DNA of 63,015 nucleotides, the filler included, from Reclinomonas americana ATCC 50394 (Eukaryota), in assembly GCA_048213135.1 (NCBI GenBank). It is 10 parts of 10 records of this genome, joined end to end, with 100 filler letters (N's around TTAATTAATTAA, not from the genome) between each part and the next. Parts side by side here need not be neighbours in the genome. Positions count along the whole stretch, not along the records: positions 37,590 to 47,252 come from AFZH01017374.1; positions 47,353 to 48,376 come from AFZH01017375.1; positions 48,477 to 60,188 come from AFZH01017376.1; 7 more parts are not named here. One strand, written 5' to 3'. The notes beneath the pieces were generated by a model. The model was given only the letters and a program-made list of their open reading frames with translations, was not told the origin of the DNA and did no database searches. The number at the start of each line of letters is the position of its first letter. Position 1 is the first letter of the stretch. Position numbers and translations under genes: made by a program. Positions 37,930-50,827 of this stretch are shown one piece after another.

Positions 37930-40925
37930 ATGACAGAAGAACAGGAGCAACACCAACAACCACCACCACCGCATCAACAGCAGCAAGAGCCACAAGGCAC
38001 GACCTCCTCCTTCTCTGTTTCTCTCTCAATGTGTTTCTCTCGCGCACTCATCTCTTGTGTACGTGCACAGTGGAGGACGATGATGATGATGATGATGATG
38101 AGCGTATGATGGGAGCTGTGGCTGGCAGTGTCGACAATGACGATGTCTACGGTGACGATGGTGATGATGATGATGATGAGGGAGCAGCGGCGATTGAGGT
38201 GGAGGCAGTCGGATTTTCACCCAATGGTGCGTTCCTTCTCTCGTGAGTCTTTCCCCCCGCATAGCTCCATTAGTGATGTGTTGCTTCTTTTCTCCCTCGT
38301 GCTCCCTTTGTGATCATGCCGACATGAGATTCTGCGTGACCCCCACTGTGCACACCCCTTGTCCCTGTATCTGTTGTTGCGCACGCGCACACACACACAC
38401 ACTTGGTTTCTGTGACTGATTAGCGCATGCGGAGAGCGGGTATCAGCATTGGCACGGGGGTGTGCTCTTCTGATTCTGACCATGTGTGTTGTTGATGATG
38501 TACAGTGGCCACCACGTTGCCGTCTCCGTGTTCGCACACGACACCTCCGGTTTCGGTCAGTGCCGCTGCATTCCCTGCTCCCTCTCGCTCCTTCTTTCAT
38601 TCTCACGCATGCACACTATATTCCTCTTGTGAATCCTTCTCTCAGCAGCCGAGCACCCCCATTTCGAAATCTCGGGGTCGGCGGCGGACTGACACCGCGG
38701 GGGTCGTCCTGGTTCCGGAGCACTCGTCGCGAATCTCGGCGGCATCGTCGCCCGTGGGTCTTGCGGCGCTTCCCGAGTGTGCCATAGATGCCACTCGCCC
38801 AGTGGCCACCGCCACCTCCGCGTACTATTCGGCGATGCCCCCGACCTTGGTCCCGGGCTACACAATTTCGCTCGGAGCGCCAGCACCCCCGCCACCTCCG
38901 CCACCACAACCGACCGCACTTGCGCCGACGGTGTGCCCGCACTCCTCTTGCACACACTCGCTCTCCATTTGCCTCACTCTCGCACAGCATGTTGATCCCG
39001 CAACCGACGCTGCCTACCTGTCGCTGGCCAGCCAGCATGCGGGTGTGCCAGTGTCCTCCGAATACATGCAGCCGCACTGCGTATGGGGAGGTGTGTGTGT
39101 GTGTGTGTCACATTCTCGGTCATCCTGTCCCTCTTCTTTCCGCCCACTCTCTCTCTCTCCTTTTTCCTGCTACGCAGTGCCCTACATGTACCACCCGCTT
39201 CTGCAACACCTGTACTACCATCCGGCGGCGTACGGATATCCACCAGCAGCAGCCGCCATGGCAGCCGCACCTCCCCCACCACCGCCGCCACCACCACCAC
39301 CGCCAGCAGCAGTACCAGCGGCAGCGGCGGCCGCTGTAGCGGTACTCTCACAGCAGCAGCAGCAGCAGCAGCAGCCGCTGGCATCGCAGTCGGTAATGTC
39401 GCAGCAGGTGGGAGCCACAACCGTGTCGCAACTCGGGTCCACGACCAAGGCCACCGGTCCGGCCTCGGCGCAGGCCATGTACTGTCCGTCCATGTGTTCC
39501 GACGAGCGCTCCTCCGCCAATCCACATCGTGTGGCGGCCGCCGCCGCAGCCGCCGCCGCCATGGCGGCATCTGGCGGAGTGCCGGTGGTGTCGTCGATTG
39601 CCATCCACAGCGGCACACCATATCCGTTCCAGCCAGCCGTGTACCCCATGTTTCCGCAGTACTCGCTCAGCTACCCCACCTACCTGCAACACCAGTTCCC
39701 GTACCAGGCCAGTCTGACGCAACTGTCGGCCAGCAATGTCTCCACGGCCATGCCTCCGACGCCGATGACGTCAAGCATGTCGCTGATTGCCGCTTCGTCG
39801 CCTGTGTCACCGACGCCGGAGCACGTACACCACCGCGAATCAGTACCGTCGGCCGCACGACGCTCGCGCTCGACCACCGACCGCAACACGCGTGCCGAAC
39901 TGCAGGCCACTACCGTGGTTCCCAGTGCTCCCACGGTGGTGTCGTCGGCGGGTGGGTTCGTGCAACCAGCTCCACGTGTCAGCACAGTTCCATCGACCTA
40001 CGCTGTCTCATGCCCTACGGAGCTGCATCATCACCACTTGCAACATCACCACCACCACCTCTTGCAGCAGCAACAGCAGCAGCAATTCTATCAGCAGCAG
40101 CAGCAACAGCAGCAGCAACAACAACAACAGCAGCAGCAGTACTATCAGCAACAGCTGCAACAACAGCAAGAACAACAACAGCAGCAGCAACAGATGCTCT
40201 TGCACCACCACCATCAGCAACAGCAACAGCAGCAACAACAACAACAGCAGCAGCAACAGCAACAACAGCAGCAGCAACAGTCTCAGCACTTGTACCGCAG
40301 GCACACTTCGCACGCGCTTGGCTCTGTGCACGACGTTGACATGGACGGAGGAGGGCACCGACGTGGACGCACAACAGACATTGATCGTTCACACGCCGGT
40401 CGCTACGGCGCTCCTTCGCCATCCTTTGACTCGGTGCGGTTCCAGTACGGCGCGTCGCCAGAGAAGGATTGGCAGATGAAACCGGAGAGCATGCCGACGC
40501 CACCGCTGACCGAGGAGCTGCTGAGCCAGTTTGCTGTCTACTACCCGCCACTCAGCCGCTGGCACCGTCAGTACCAGTACGTGCCCATGTGGCAGGCCAT
40601 GTGCGAGGATCCACTGCGCGGTCCGTCGCCGTTGCCAGAGGAGCCGATTGATTGGGGACTTCCCGAGCCGCCACCGCCGTCCGACTCCACATGGCGACGA
40701 CGAATGGAAGACATGCTGTGCTACCATGCCGCTGTCGGTATTGCGGCTGCCGAGGGTCGCTCTCCACCTCCCATGCCGCCCTGGGGCGCGGCGTCACCGC
40801 TCCCAATGTCTGGCAAGGAGCACAGCGATGGCTTCTCACTTGCCGGGCCCAGTGATACGACACCAACAACTGTGCCTTCGGTTCCGCCAGCCGCCGAGTC
40901 GAGAGGCACGCGCCATCGAAGATAG
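37930..40925 (+). CDS. Low-complexity Pro/Ala/Gln/His-rich protein of unknown function (multi-exon; start uncertain)
   Basis: Long open frame 38505-40925 with poly-P, poly-A and a long Gln-rich CAG/CAA tract (about 40065-40280); upstream acidic exon at 38071-38227. Confidence 0.6.
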
Positions 40926-41099
40926 CACTGGGTCCCCGTAGTTGTAGATCTGTGTTCCCTCTCCATCGATATTGCGTTGTTAGTGTTGCTTGTTTTTTGT
41001 TCATGTTCTTCCCGTTGTGCCAATGTGTTAATTCTAATGCGTTTTGTTGAGTTGTTTGACTACTGCCACTCTCGTGTTGTTTGAAAGGAAAAATGGAGT

Positions 41100-44000
41100 T
41101 CATCTGGGCGTTGAGAAATCGTCGCGCGAACGCAAGTGTTTCTCGAGAGCCTCCAGGTCGGCGAGCCACATGGATTCCGGCGATTGCTTGTCGAGACGCC
41201 GCTTCGCCTCGGCAGCGTTGCGATGCTGCGTGCGCAGCTGTTGCAGGCGCTCCTGCGTCAGGCTCGACACCGGCATCGCCAGCAAGTAGTCGAATGGACT
41301 GCAACGTGGCGCGGCGGGTGAGCATCACCGCGCGGCCAAAAAAACATAGACACAACACGTACCCTGCATCGGTGGTGGCAGAATCGAGCCCGGTAAAGCC
41401 GGCCTCGCCCAGCTGCTTCTCCAGATCGCGCTTTGGCACGTTGAGGAGGCGCAACGCACCCGAGCACACCATTTCCACAAAGCGGGCACGGTTCGCCAGG
41501 CGATCCAGCTCGGCATTCTGGATTTGTTGCATGTGCTTCTTGCGATCCACATAGCCTTGCTGGCGCACCGTGTAGTGCGTGCGCAGAATGTCAAGTGGCG
41601 AGGCGAAGCGAGCCAACCGACCGGCCGTGTCGTGCAGCATCATGTTCGAGGTGCTGATGCGCAGTGGGTGAGTGGTGCATGGCACGTGATGACAGAGACG
41701 AGAGATATGCTGATGCACCTGACAAATGTCTCCAGCTTCAGCGTCTTGAACCGAGTGGCGCTCTCCATGAGCTCTGCGATCTGCTCAGCCGTTCCCTGCA
41801 GCACAAAACGAGCGACGAGATCTGTCGACTCTTCGCGATATCCCTGCAGACCAAGAAGCAAGGTGGTGAGTGGCTCATGCCACACTATTCATCGCGTATC
41901 CTGCTCGGCTGCACACGAACGAACCCGCAAATGGCTACCACGACTCGATCCGCACACTCCATCTAGCACGGCCTTGTAGTCCTCGGTCCATCTTCCCACC
42001 GGCAGTTCGCTAACTACGGCGGCAGTTTTCGACATCTGTTCCAGCACGCCACGCGTCACAAACGTGCCGTCCTTGGTGCTGCTGGCCACCACTTCGCCAC
42101 GAAATCTGCGATACCACGGAGTCTGCAGCAATGATTGGTCTGTGAGCACTCTGCGCCCGTACACTGCACGACGACGATGCGCACCATGTCCACCAGCGAC
42201 TCGCCGGCGATGAGACGACGGACGTTGGCGATAATCTCCAGCGGGTTGAACGGCGGAATGCTGGTACTGTACCCGGTGCCAATGCCCTCGGAACCATTGA
42301 CGAGCACCATCGGGATCTGCATTTGTATCACACATCGTGTTATTTGTGTGGACAGGGACTGCGACTGAAGAAGGGAGGGACGCAACAATGGGCAAAAAGT
42401 GAACGGGTTCCACCATCACTCCATCCTCCTCAATGTGTCGCAGTACTGCGTCGTCCGCCTGCTCACGCGGTGATCAGACACCTGCCGTCTCCACGCGACG
42501 CACACCCTCGCTCACCTTTGGGAAAACGAGGCGCGCAGCGGGGTCCAACCGTGTGAAGATGTACCGCGCACTGGCATGATCCTTGCCACCCTGCACTCGT
42601 GTGCCAAACTGACCGCTTGGCACGAGCAGTGGGATGTTGTTGGTGCCGACGAAATCCTGCGTCCACGTCAGAAATACTCGTGCCTGCATTCCTCCACACA
42701 TCCCCACCAAACATACCTGTGCCATGTTGACAATGGTGCCGTGCAGCGAGGCTTCGCCGTGGTGATAGCCCGTCTGTTCGGAGACGTAGCCGGCCAGTTG
42801 CGCGACCTTGATTTCATCTGTCAGGTCACGCTTGAAGCACGCGTACAGCACCTTGCGTTGTCCGGGCTGCATCGCACATAAGAGCACTCCCCCACATACA
42901 CACATATAAAGACAAATCATGCGCACTTTCAGGCCGTCGACGACGCTCGGGATGTTGCGCGTGTTGTCGGCGTGCGAAAAATGAATGAGCTCCTTGTGGA
43001 TGAAATCCGTGTACGACAGCGTTGGTTTGGAGTGGTCGACAAAGGTCGTCGTGTCGTCCAGCGGCACGTTCAACCACTCCTTTCGCCGATCCACCTGCGG
43101 GAGTGAGCAACGTGTGAGAGCGAGGCTCCACGCAGAAAGAAAGCAGTGGTTATTGTTGGTTGACCATTTTCTTGTCGAATGCCAACTGAATGGCATCATG
43201 TGCCGCGTCGCCGTTCCACTCGAAACGAATGAGGTGCTTCTGCAAGGCGCGAAAGTACGCCTTGCCTTCGGCCGCTGTGCTTGTGCCGAGACCTTTGTAG
43301 TACTTGAGACGCCACTTGGAAATCTGCATTGATCTCACCGACCGTCAGCCCGCTTCCCACTAATTTCACAACTCCATGGTAACTAACGCCTTACCTCGTC
43401 GGCCGCGAGTGACTGTCGCCACATGCGGTACTCGCTCAGCGTCATGAATTGCACCGTCTCCTCCTTGCCGCCCTTGCCGCGCCTCACACCCTTGACAATT
43501 GGTGTCACAAACTCCCACTATGTATCACATGACAACGATATCAGCATGCCGCACCATCATCATCACCACTCTGGCGCAGCCACCGCCTCCACGCAACCAA
43601 AAATCCATCCGTTCGCAGAAGCGCGGGCCAGAACGTGTCGAGCATATTGATGAACAAGCCCTGTACACGTCCCCCCCTCTCGGCTGTGAGATCGAGACGC
43701 ATGGTGATTTCTTCTGAAGCAGCCTACCTTGATGTGCGATCCGTCGTGGTCCTGGTCAGTCATCAGTACCACACTGAGACTCGCGAGCGAGTGAGAACAG
43801 AGGCAGGCATGCATTGAGTCGTCAACCAGTGGATCTCTCACCGGCCGTATCGAAGTTGCGCCCGCTCCTCGGCCGCCTCGTACGACTTGCTGTGCTGCAG
43901 GCCGAGAATGAGCTTGAGATGATTCAGTTCGGCATTGTCGGCAATCTGCTGGTGCGGCGCGTCGCGGACATTGAGCAGCTTTCCCTTCAGCGGGAACACT

Positions 44001-46026
44001 CCATACAGATCTCGACCGAGCTCCGACAGGCCTGCCAGTGCCAGACTCTGTGTGCACGTACTGTCAGCATCTCGGCGAAGGTGAAAAAGGGAAATGTTGT
44101 GATGCCAACCTTGGCCGAGTCGCCCTCGGTGAGAATGAGTGCGCACTCTGCCGACCGCGGACCGCCGGCCTCGTTGGCGTCGTCGAGTTTTGGCACCGCG
44201 AGACGGCTCTTTCGTGGCGCCAACGTGCGCCGATCCAATTCATGCTCCTGGCGGAATCTGTGCGGCCACAACACACACGAGTCAACTCGCAGAAAACAAC
44301 AACACCGGAAGTGAGGGAAAGCACAGATTGCTCACTTGGCCAGCGCCAGCACACGACTGGCGAGACTTGTGTTGTCCACGATGCGACGTACAAAGGCATC
44401 GCTCACACTCGGCACGACGTGCGCATCGGCAGCACTGCTGTCGGTGCCCAGCTGCAATTCGGTGGTGAGCGTCTCCTTGGTTTGCGAGTCAAAGGCCGGA
44501 TTGTGGACCATGGCGTTCACAAAGAGCATCATGTTGTTGCGCACGGACGCCGGCATGACCTGCGGTGGAGCAGGCGTCACTCACCCCTAATGCGCGTGAC
44601 TGACACATGGGTGAAGAACTCGCAAATACCTTGACGTTCTTGTCGCGCTTGGCAATCGCGGCCACCAGCTTGGTTGTGAGGTGCGTCGACAGCACCTTGA
44701 CGTGCGAGCCGCCGCGAGAGGTGGCCACACTGTTCACAAAACTCAGATGCTGGAAGGAGCCGGTGGGGCTGGGCGCCACCGCCACCTCCCAGTGCTTGTT
44801 CAGTCGCTCAAACACAAACGGTTGCAGACCAGCAGCATCAGGCTCCTGCTCCGCCAGGCACAGCTGCACGTAGTCGGCGAACCCACTGATCGGAACCTTG
44901 TCTCCGTTCTGTGCAACCAAATTAAGTCAGCATCGGCAGCAGCATCAGAGTGCCACACGACACACGCCACAGACCAGCGAGACCGTCAGCTTTGGGTTGC
45001 ACGCCGCAATGTCCAGCACTCGCCGAAACAGCAGCGACAGCGCTGTCGTGGTGGCCTCCGAGCGCCCACTCAGCCCTTTCGGCATGCTCAATCGCTCGTA
45101 GTCGGGCAAGAACGACACACTGGTGAAATCTGATGCACGCGGAGTGAGCTATTAACCGCAGAGTGATGCCGACGGCGTGATCTCGCAACTTTCGGTCTCC
45201 AAGCCAGTCGAGATCACCGGCGCCTCGCAGTTGTTCATGTTGCTGTGCCAGCGCTGCGAGTCATGCTGATCGTGAGTACATCATGCACAACCCTCTCCTT
45301 CTCCACTCGCACACCCACCTGCTGATACACGCGCCGTGCACTGCTGCTGCCGGTCTCCACGACAAACTCGCGACTGAAGATGTTGGCCAGCTTGGCGCCG
45401 TACCCGTTGCGGCCACCGGTGAACTTGACCTCGGCATCGTTGAACGAGGAGCCCGTCAGCAGGTAACCAAACAACAACTGTGGCAGCGGAACGCCCTCGG
45501 TGCGATGCACATCGGTGGGTATGCCGCGCCCGTTGTTGCGCACAGTGATCCAACCCGTGGCTGGGTTCACCGTCACCGCCACCGCATCGGTGCCGGTGCC
45601 GCGTCGATGATGTTGATCGACGGCATTGGTGAGGATCTCGTCAAAGATCTTGAAGAATGCCGGCACGTACGTGCACTCCTCGGTCCACGTCAGTTGCAGA
45701 GAGCCCTTGTCGGTGCTCTTGTCGCCGAGAATCACCGCCGGCGCCTGTCCATCCGCAGGTGCGATCTGCATTGTGTTGTAAGGTGCATGCATTTGTGCGT
45801 TTCTGTGCATGTGTCCACGCAGTCGACGTACCTTCCACCCCTCCAGCAGCCACTGCGGACGCTTCTGTGGAGTTGTCGCTCCCACGTACGAATCAGGGCG
45901 CAGCAGCACATGCTCGATCGGTGTCTTTCGCAAGTACACGCTCTCCAGTGGTGCCGTCGACGAGGAGGAGGAAAACGCGCGACAACGATGCGACCAGCCA
46001 GTGGCCGCGGCTCGCCACCAGAGCAT
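41100..46026 (-). CDS. TOP2: Eukaryotic-type DNA topoisomerase II with a mitochondrial-targeting-like presequence, multi-exon
   Basis: EHVLLRPDSYVG, KIFDEILTNAVD, NNGRGIP, GGRNGYGAKL, LILTEGDSA, PLKGKLLNV, MTDQDHDGSHIK, KYYKGLGTS, DGLKPGQRKVL, YHHGEASL, active site ASARYIFT; ends WLADLEALEKHL...PR*. Confidence 0.96.
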
Positions 46027-46102
46027 TCACACACAAACACAAAAGGCGATCGACTGTTGATTTCATTTTGGTTTTTTCATCCTCCAGCACAGCACAGTTC
46101 GC

Positions 46103-47012
46103 TCACTCAGTGATGCCCACCTCTTCCGTTGCGCGTGGCACACGTTGCCTCTTCCCGCCAAGTGGATTGGCGGTGACAGCACCAGTGGGTGCATTGACGC
46201 CAGTGCCACCGGCGCCGGCCGCCGCCGCCGCCGCCTCCTCGACCTCCTGATCGAGAGCATCACGCTCCGCGTGCATCTCCGCCACCACCTCGTTGAGAAT
46301 CTGCCCGGGCGTCCACACCGTGTCGTGCTCCTCCAGCATCGACTGCGGGATCAGCGACGACGTCAACAGCGCCAGCGGAATGCTCTGATCCTGTTGTCGG
46401 CGACGGCGAGTCAGACACGAAACCAGCCTCTTCCCCACCGTCTCCAGTCCCCAGTACCTGAATGTCGAGTCCTCCCAGTGCGGCCGTGTCGTGCTCCAGC
46501 TCTCCCAGCGCCTGCACTCGATTGCTGCGATACTCTGGCGCCTCCGCCACCACCTTGGTCAAATCATTCGGGTCGTCCTCGTCTTCCAGGTCGGGAATGT
46601 ACACCTCCGCGTCATCGTCGTCGTCCTTGTCGAAGATGTGCTCGTTGGTGGCGTCCTTGCTGTGTCGCTGTATGGTGAGAGAGAGGCAGAGAGAGACAAA
46701 GAGAGAGAGAAACGCCATGACAACAGCGGATTTGACCTCTGCAGAGTGGGAATGCCACTTGGTCCGCCGCCCGATCCGCTGGCGTCGTCGCCACCAAAGC
46801 CCCCACCGTCGCCCCATCCGCCTTTGACATTCGACGGTGCCTGTGTGTCGCGCGCAAGAAGAGAATGAGCGCGAAAACTACATCAAACAAGAGATCAACT
46901 GCCACTGCACCTCTGATGACTCGGCTTGTGCCGCGGCCGCATCAGCTCGCCGCCTCCTTCGCTTCAGCTGCGTCGGTTGAGGCACATCGGCATCAGTAAG
47001 CCCGCCCTCCAT
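46103..47012 (-). CDS. IFT43: Intraflagellar transport protein 43
   Basis: GGWGD...IPDLEDEDDPNDLTKVVAEAP...VQALGELEHD...LALLTSSLIPQSMLEEHDTVW matches the IFT43 motif pattern. Confidence 0.8.
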
Positions 47013-47173
47013 TGCGTTTTGTGTGAGAGTGCGTTTTCTGGGGTTACCGTGGCTGCTCGATCAATTTCCGTCGCGCCCGTAACCCTCACTCTAACAAATC
47101 CCACACCCCAGAGCGAGGTTCGCGGCCTTTCTCCTGCTGCTGGTCCATTGCGCGTGTGACTGACTTGTTTGTT

Positions 47174-49805
47174 TCACAGATGGGCAAGCTGTTGCGTGGC
47201 ATGTGCCGAGGGGAAACAAGCACAGAGAGAGAGAGTCGTGACACTGAGTTTTNNNNNNNNNNNNNNNNNNNNNNNNNNNNNNNNNNNNNNNNNNNNTTAA
47301 TTAATTAANNNNNNNNNNNNNNNNNNNNNNNNNNNNNNNNNNNNNNNNNNNNAATCCTGTCGACGCCGCTGCGCGGTGATTTTGTGGCCAGTGAGCACAG
47401 CGTCGCACAACAATGAGACTCGCTCAAATTGAAAAAAGCTACGCACCGATGATGACTTTTGCTCCGCATACTTGCTGGCCTTTTGCGCCTTGCCGGCGGA
47501 TTTCGGTCGACGCGCCGGTTCCTCGAGTGTTGTCATGTTGGCAAACATGTCGCCGCCACCGGCCGACGACTTGCGTGCACCGTTGCCACCCATGGCCCCC
47601 GATGCTGCCAGCTTGAACAAATCGCCAGAATTCGTTCCCTACCGCCCGCAACACGGGTGAGCACAATGGTAAAGTGAGTTGGCAGACCGAGAAAAAAAAG
47701 GCGAACGAAACCTGTCGACTGCCATTCGGTCGCCGGTCGTCTTCGTCGCTCTCCTCCTCTTCTGACTCATCCTCCTCTTCCTCCTCGTCGTCGTCATCAT
47801 CGTCATCGTCGTCGTCGTCGTCCTCGCTCTCGTCACGGGGAGCAGGGGCGCGGCGCTTCTCCGTCTTGGGCATCCACGGTTCGACAGCAGCCAGTACCTT
47901 GCGTGCCCTCTCTGCCAACGTTTGCTGTGTCGCCGCGCTCACCGGTGAGTCCACTTGCTAAACCACAAAAACGCAATCCACACGCTGTGGCTCACCTGGC
48001 CGGCCGCAGCGCACTCCTCGGCGTGACCGCGCAGCTCATCGTGAATGAGCTTGCCGTATGCTTCGCTGTGCTCTCGTGCAACGATTTCGGCGCCGGCGAA
48101 TGCACGCTGTTGAACAATCGCCCAGTGAGCAACCATAGAACAGAAGCCACAACTGGGGAGGGGTCGCTCACCGTCTTCTCCTGCCACGGGGCCGTGATGA
48201 TCTTGTTCTTGAGTGCGGCCACGATACGCGCGGCATTCATGTTGCCTGCTTTCCTTGCAAACACCTGCAGCACCTCGTGTGTCGGCACAACGCGCACGCC
48301 CGTCGGCGTGGTCAATTCGGTCACCGCCCGCGCCTCAGGTGATCTGCCACACGCCAAATGAGCGATGAAACAAAGGNNNNNNNNNNNNNNNNNNNNNNNN
48401 NNNNNNNNNNNNNNNNNNNNTTAATTAATTAANNNNNNNNNNNNNNNNNNNNNNNNNNNNNNNNNNNNNNNNNNNNAGAGAGAGAGAGAGAGAGAGAAAG
48501 AGAACAAGGATGCACTGTGCTGCTGCATCGCAACTGTTGCTCTTCTTGTTCTCCTGTGCCTGCGAAGCCGGACTGGCAATGCCCTCGTACGTCTTGCCGT
48601 GTGCGCCAAAGACGGTGTTGGTGGGCGCATACGACGGCGCTCTGTGCAAGCAAGAGTCATGTGTCACTCACTCTCAGTGCCACGACACCTCACGGGACGG
48701 ACGCAACGAGCTGGCATACGGATCCGCAGGTCGAATCTGCACACCGGCAGCAATCGACGAGAAAATGGAGCCAGAGCCTGAAGCGCCACCCCCACCCGAC
48801 GACGACACGGACGGCGGCAGCGACAAGGGTGCCGATTGTTGCGGCGGGGGCGGTGCCATGACCGAGTTCAGCGAGCCACCGCCCTTGTGCACCACTGGCG
48901 GATCATTGACAGCGTCGAAAATGGCACTCATGGCCTCATTCGCCGCCTCGCGCACCGCCGCATTCAACCGATCCCCGTGCATCTCGTCGGCCGGGCCGTG
49001 GAAACCTGGCAGGCGGGGAGGGAGAAGAGTGGTGGAAGAGAGAGTGAGTGAATGGTCGAATGAAGGAGGGACACACACACACAGATTCTGTCTGTGTGCG
49101 CTCCCTCCTTCGTTCCTATGCATGCGTCACTCAACTGCACAAGTCGCGGATGGGGTCGTTGCGGCGCTGGAGAGTCTTGCGGAAGTCGTGATGACCTTGC
49201 GTCGCCACGTGCTTGATCACACGCAGTGCCTTGGCCTTGACGCGCACCGACGGAGTCCTCAGTCGATCCAGCAGCCAGTCGCACACCGCAGCACACGTGT
49301 CCACCGACTTGAACGTCATCTCTGTGTGTGTGAGAGGAGGAGGTGTGCGTGAGCGGAAATACCCACATTTGACTGTCGAAAAACAAACTCGTGCGTGCGT
49401 GTCTGACTGCAGCGTTTTGTGTGTACGAGAGAGTGTGTGTGAGAGAGTGTGTGTGCAAGAGAGAGGAAGAGTGTGTGCGAACGTGTGTGTGATGAGAGAG
49501 CGAGCCAGTTGGCAGCAGTGGAGATGAGCGCACATGGCCGCCTTCCCGCGCCAGCAAGAAGGGGTGGTGCTGCATGTACTGCAGCGCTCGCGCACACCAT
49601 CGCCGTGCGCAGGCAAGGAGAGAAAGAGAGAGCACAATGTGTGTGCGCGTGTAGAGTGGAGGAGCGAGAGTGATGACGACATGGCTTTCTTCCTCTCACT
49701 GTTTCTGTGGAGTGTGTGGCGCTCACCAGCAATCTCCGTGTAGAGGTGAGGAGGAACGCCGTCGCCGTTGTCGGCGGTGGCATTCTTCAGCGTAGTTTTC
49801 TTCAT
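47174..49805 (-). CDS. TEPSIN: Tepsin (AP-4 accessory protein; ENTH plus VHS-like domains), spans two gaps; 3' end tentative
   Basis: MKKTTLKNATADNGDGVPPHLYTEIA...LLDRL...VKAKALRVIKHV...FHGPADEMHGDRLNAAVREAANEAMSAIF (tepsin ENTH), and AVTELTTPTGVRVVPTHEVLQVF (tepsin VHS-like). Confidence 0.85.
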
Positions 49806-49971
49806 GTCGACGAAAAATGGGCAAGTGATTGAGGCGGGACGAGGACAAACTTCTCACAAGGGTTTTTCTCATCATAGCTCTCGTTTCCTCCGCAACAACC
49901 GCTTATCGTCGGCACTGCAGCTAGCATCGCTTGCCGAAGCTACATTCTGATCTGCTGCCGCGGCCGATTCT

Positions 49972-50670
49972 TCATCTCGACTCGCTGTTTCGATTCTTCC
50001 ACTTCTCCGCAGCCTTGACTTTCGCTTCGGCCACTCGCCATGCCTGCTCCGCCGCCTCTGCTTGGTGCTGCAAACGCAACTCCTCAAGTGCATCGGGCGA
50101 CAGCGCGTACGGCAGCAGTTCGGAAGCGGATATCTCGCACGGGCGCCGAGCAGAAGGAGACTTCTCCGCCTCTCGGAGCCTCTCAAGAACAGCACGAGAC
50201 GAGTTGAGCGCCGGTAGCTGCTCGACATCGACGACAGGTTCGGGCCATCGACCAGCATCATCGACGCCAAACTGGAAACCCCACGACTGTCCGTTCACAA
50301 CACGGCGCACATCCTCGGCAACCTCAACGTTGATGAAGCACACGTGGGTGGCGATGGCGCATATGTCGGCGTCGTCAACTCCACCCAGTGAGAGCAATGG
50401 CTGAAGTTGGCACATGGCGTGGTGCACGCGCGCCTGATCGCCCTCTGCAGAACAGCGAAGCGCGATGAGGTCGCGGAGGAAGATATGACGAGTCCAGCAG
50501 AAGTCGGCCAGCGATTCCATGATGGAGAGGCGGCGTAATCGCTCCGGCAAGCAGCGCAGCAGAAACGTCCAGCCATCCTTCTCGATCTCCTGGTCAGAGG
50601 GGGGAATCACCTCACCGCTCTGGCCACCGCGGAGAGCGTGAGCAGAGCTGAGAAAAGGCGTACCTAACAT
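49972..50670 (-). CDS. Hypothetical 232-aa protein, apparently intronless
   Basis: ATG-initiated ORF with protein-like composition and a charged helical C-terminus; no family recognised. Confidence 0.5.
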   Translation of the reverse strand: MLGTPFLSSAHALRGGQSGEVIPPSDQEIEKDGWTFLLRCLPERLRRLSIMESLADFCWTRHIFLRDLIALRCSAEGDQARVHHAMCQLQPLLSLGGVDDADICAIATHVCFINVEVAEDVRRVVNGQSWGFQFGVDDAGRWPEPVVDVEQLPALNSSRAVLERLREAEKSPSARRPCEISASELLPYALSPDALEELRLQHQAEAAEQAWRVAEAKVKAAEKWKNRNSESR

Positions 50671-50827
50671 GCGCGACGAACCATGCGATGATCACCGGCC
50701 GTCATGCAAGTCGATGGGAAGACGCGTCACGCAGTGAGGAATGTAAAAACGAGTGGGACGAGCACGAGGACCCGACTTCTCAAATGAGTTTTCTTACATA
50801 TCACAGTCAGGTCTCGCTTCCCTGCAA

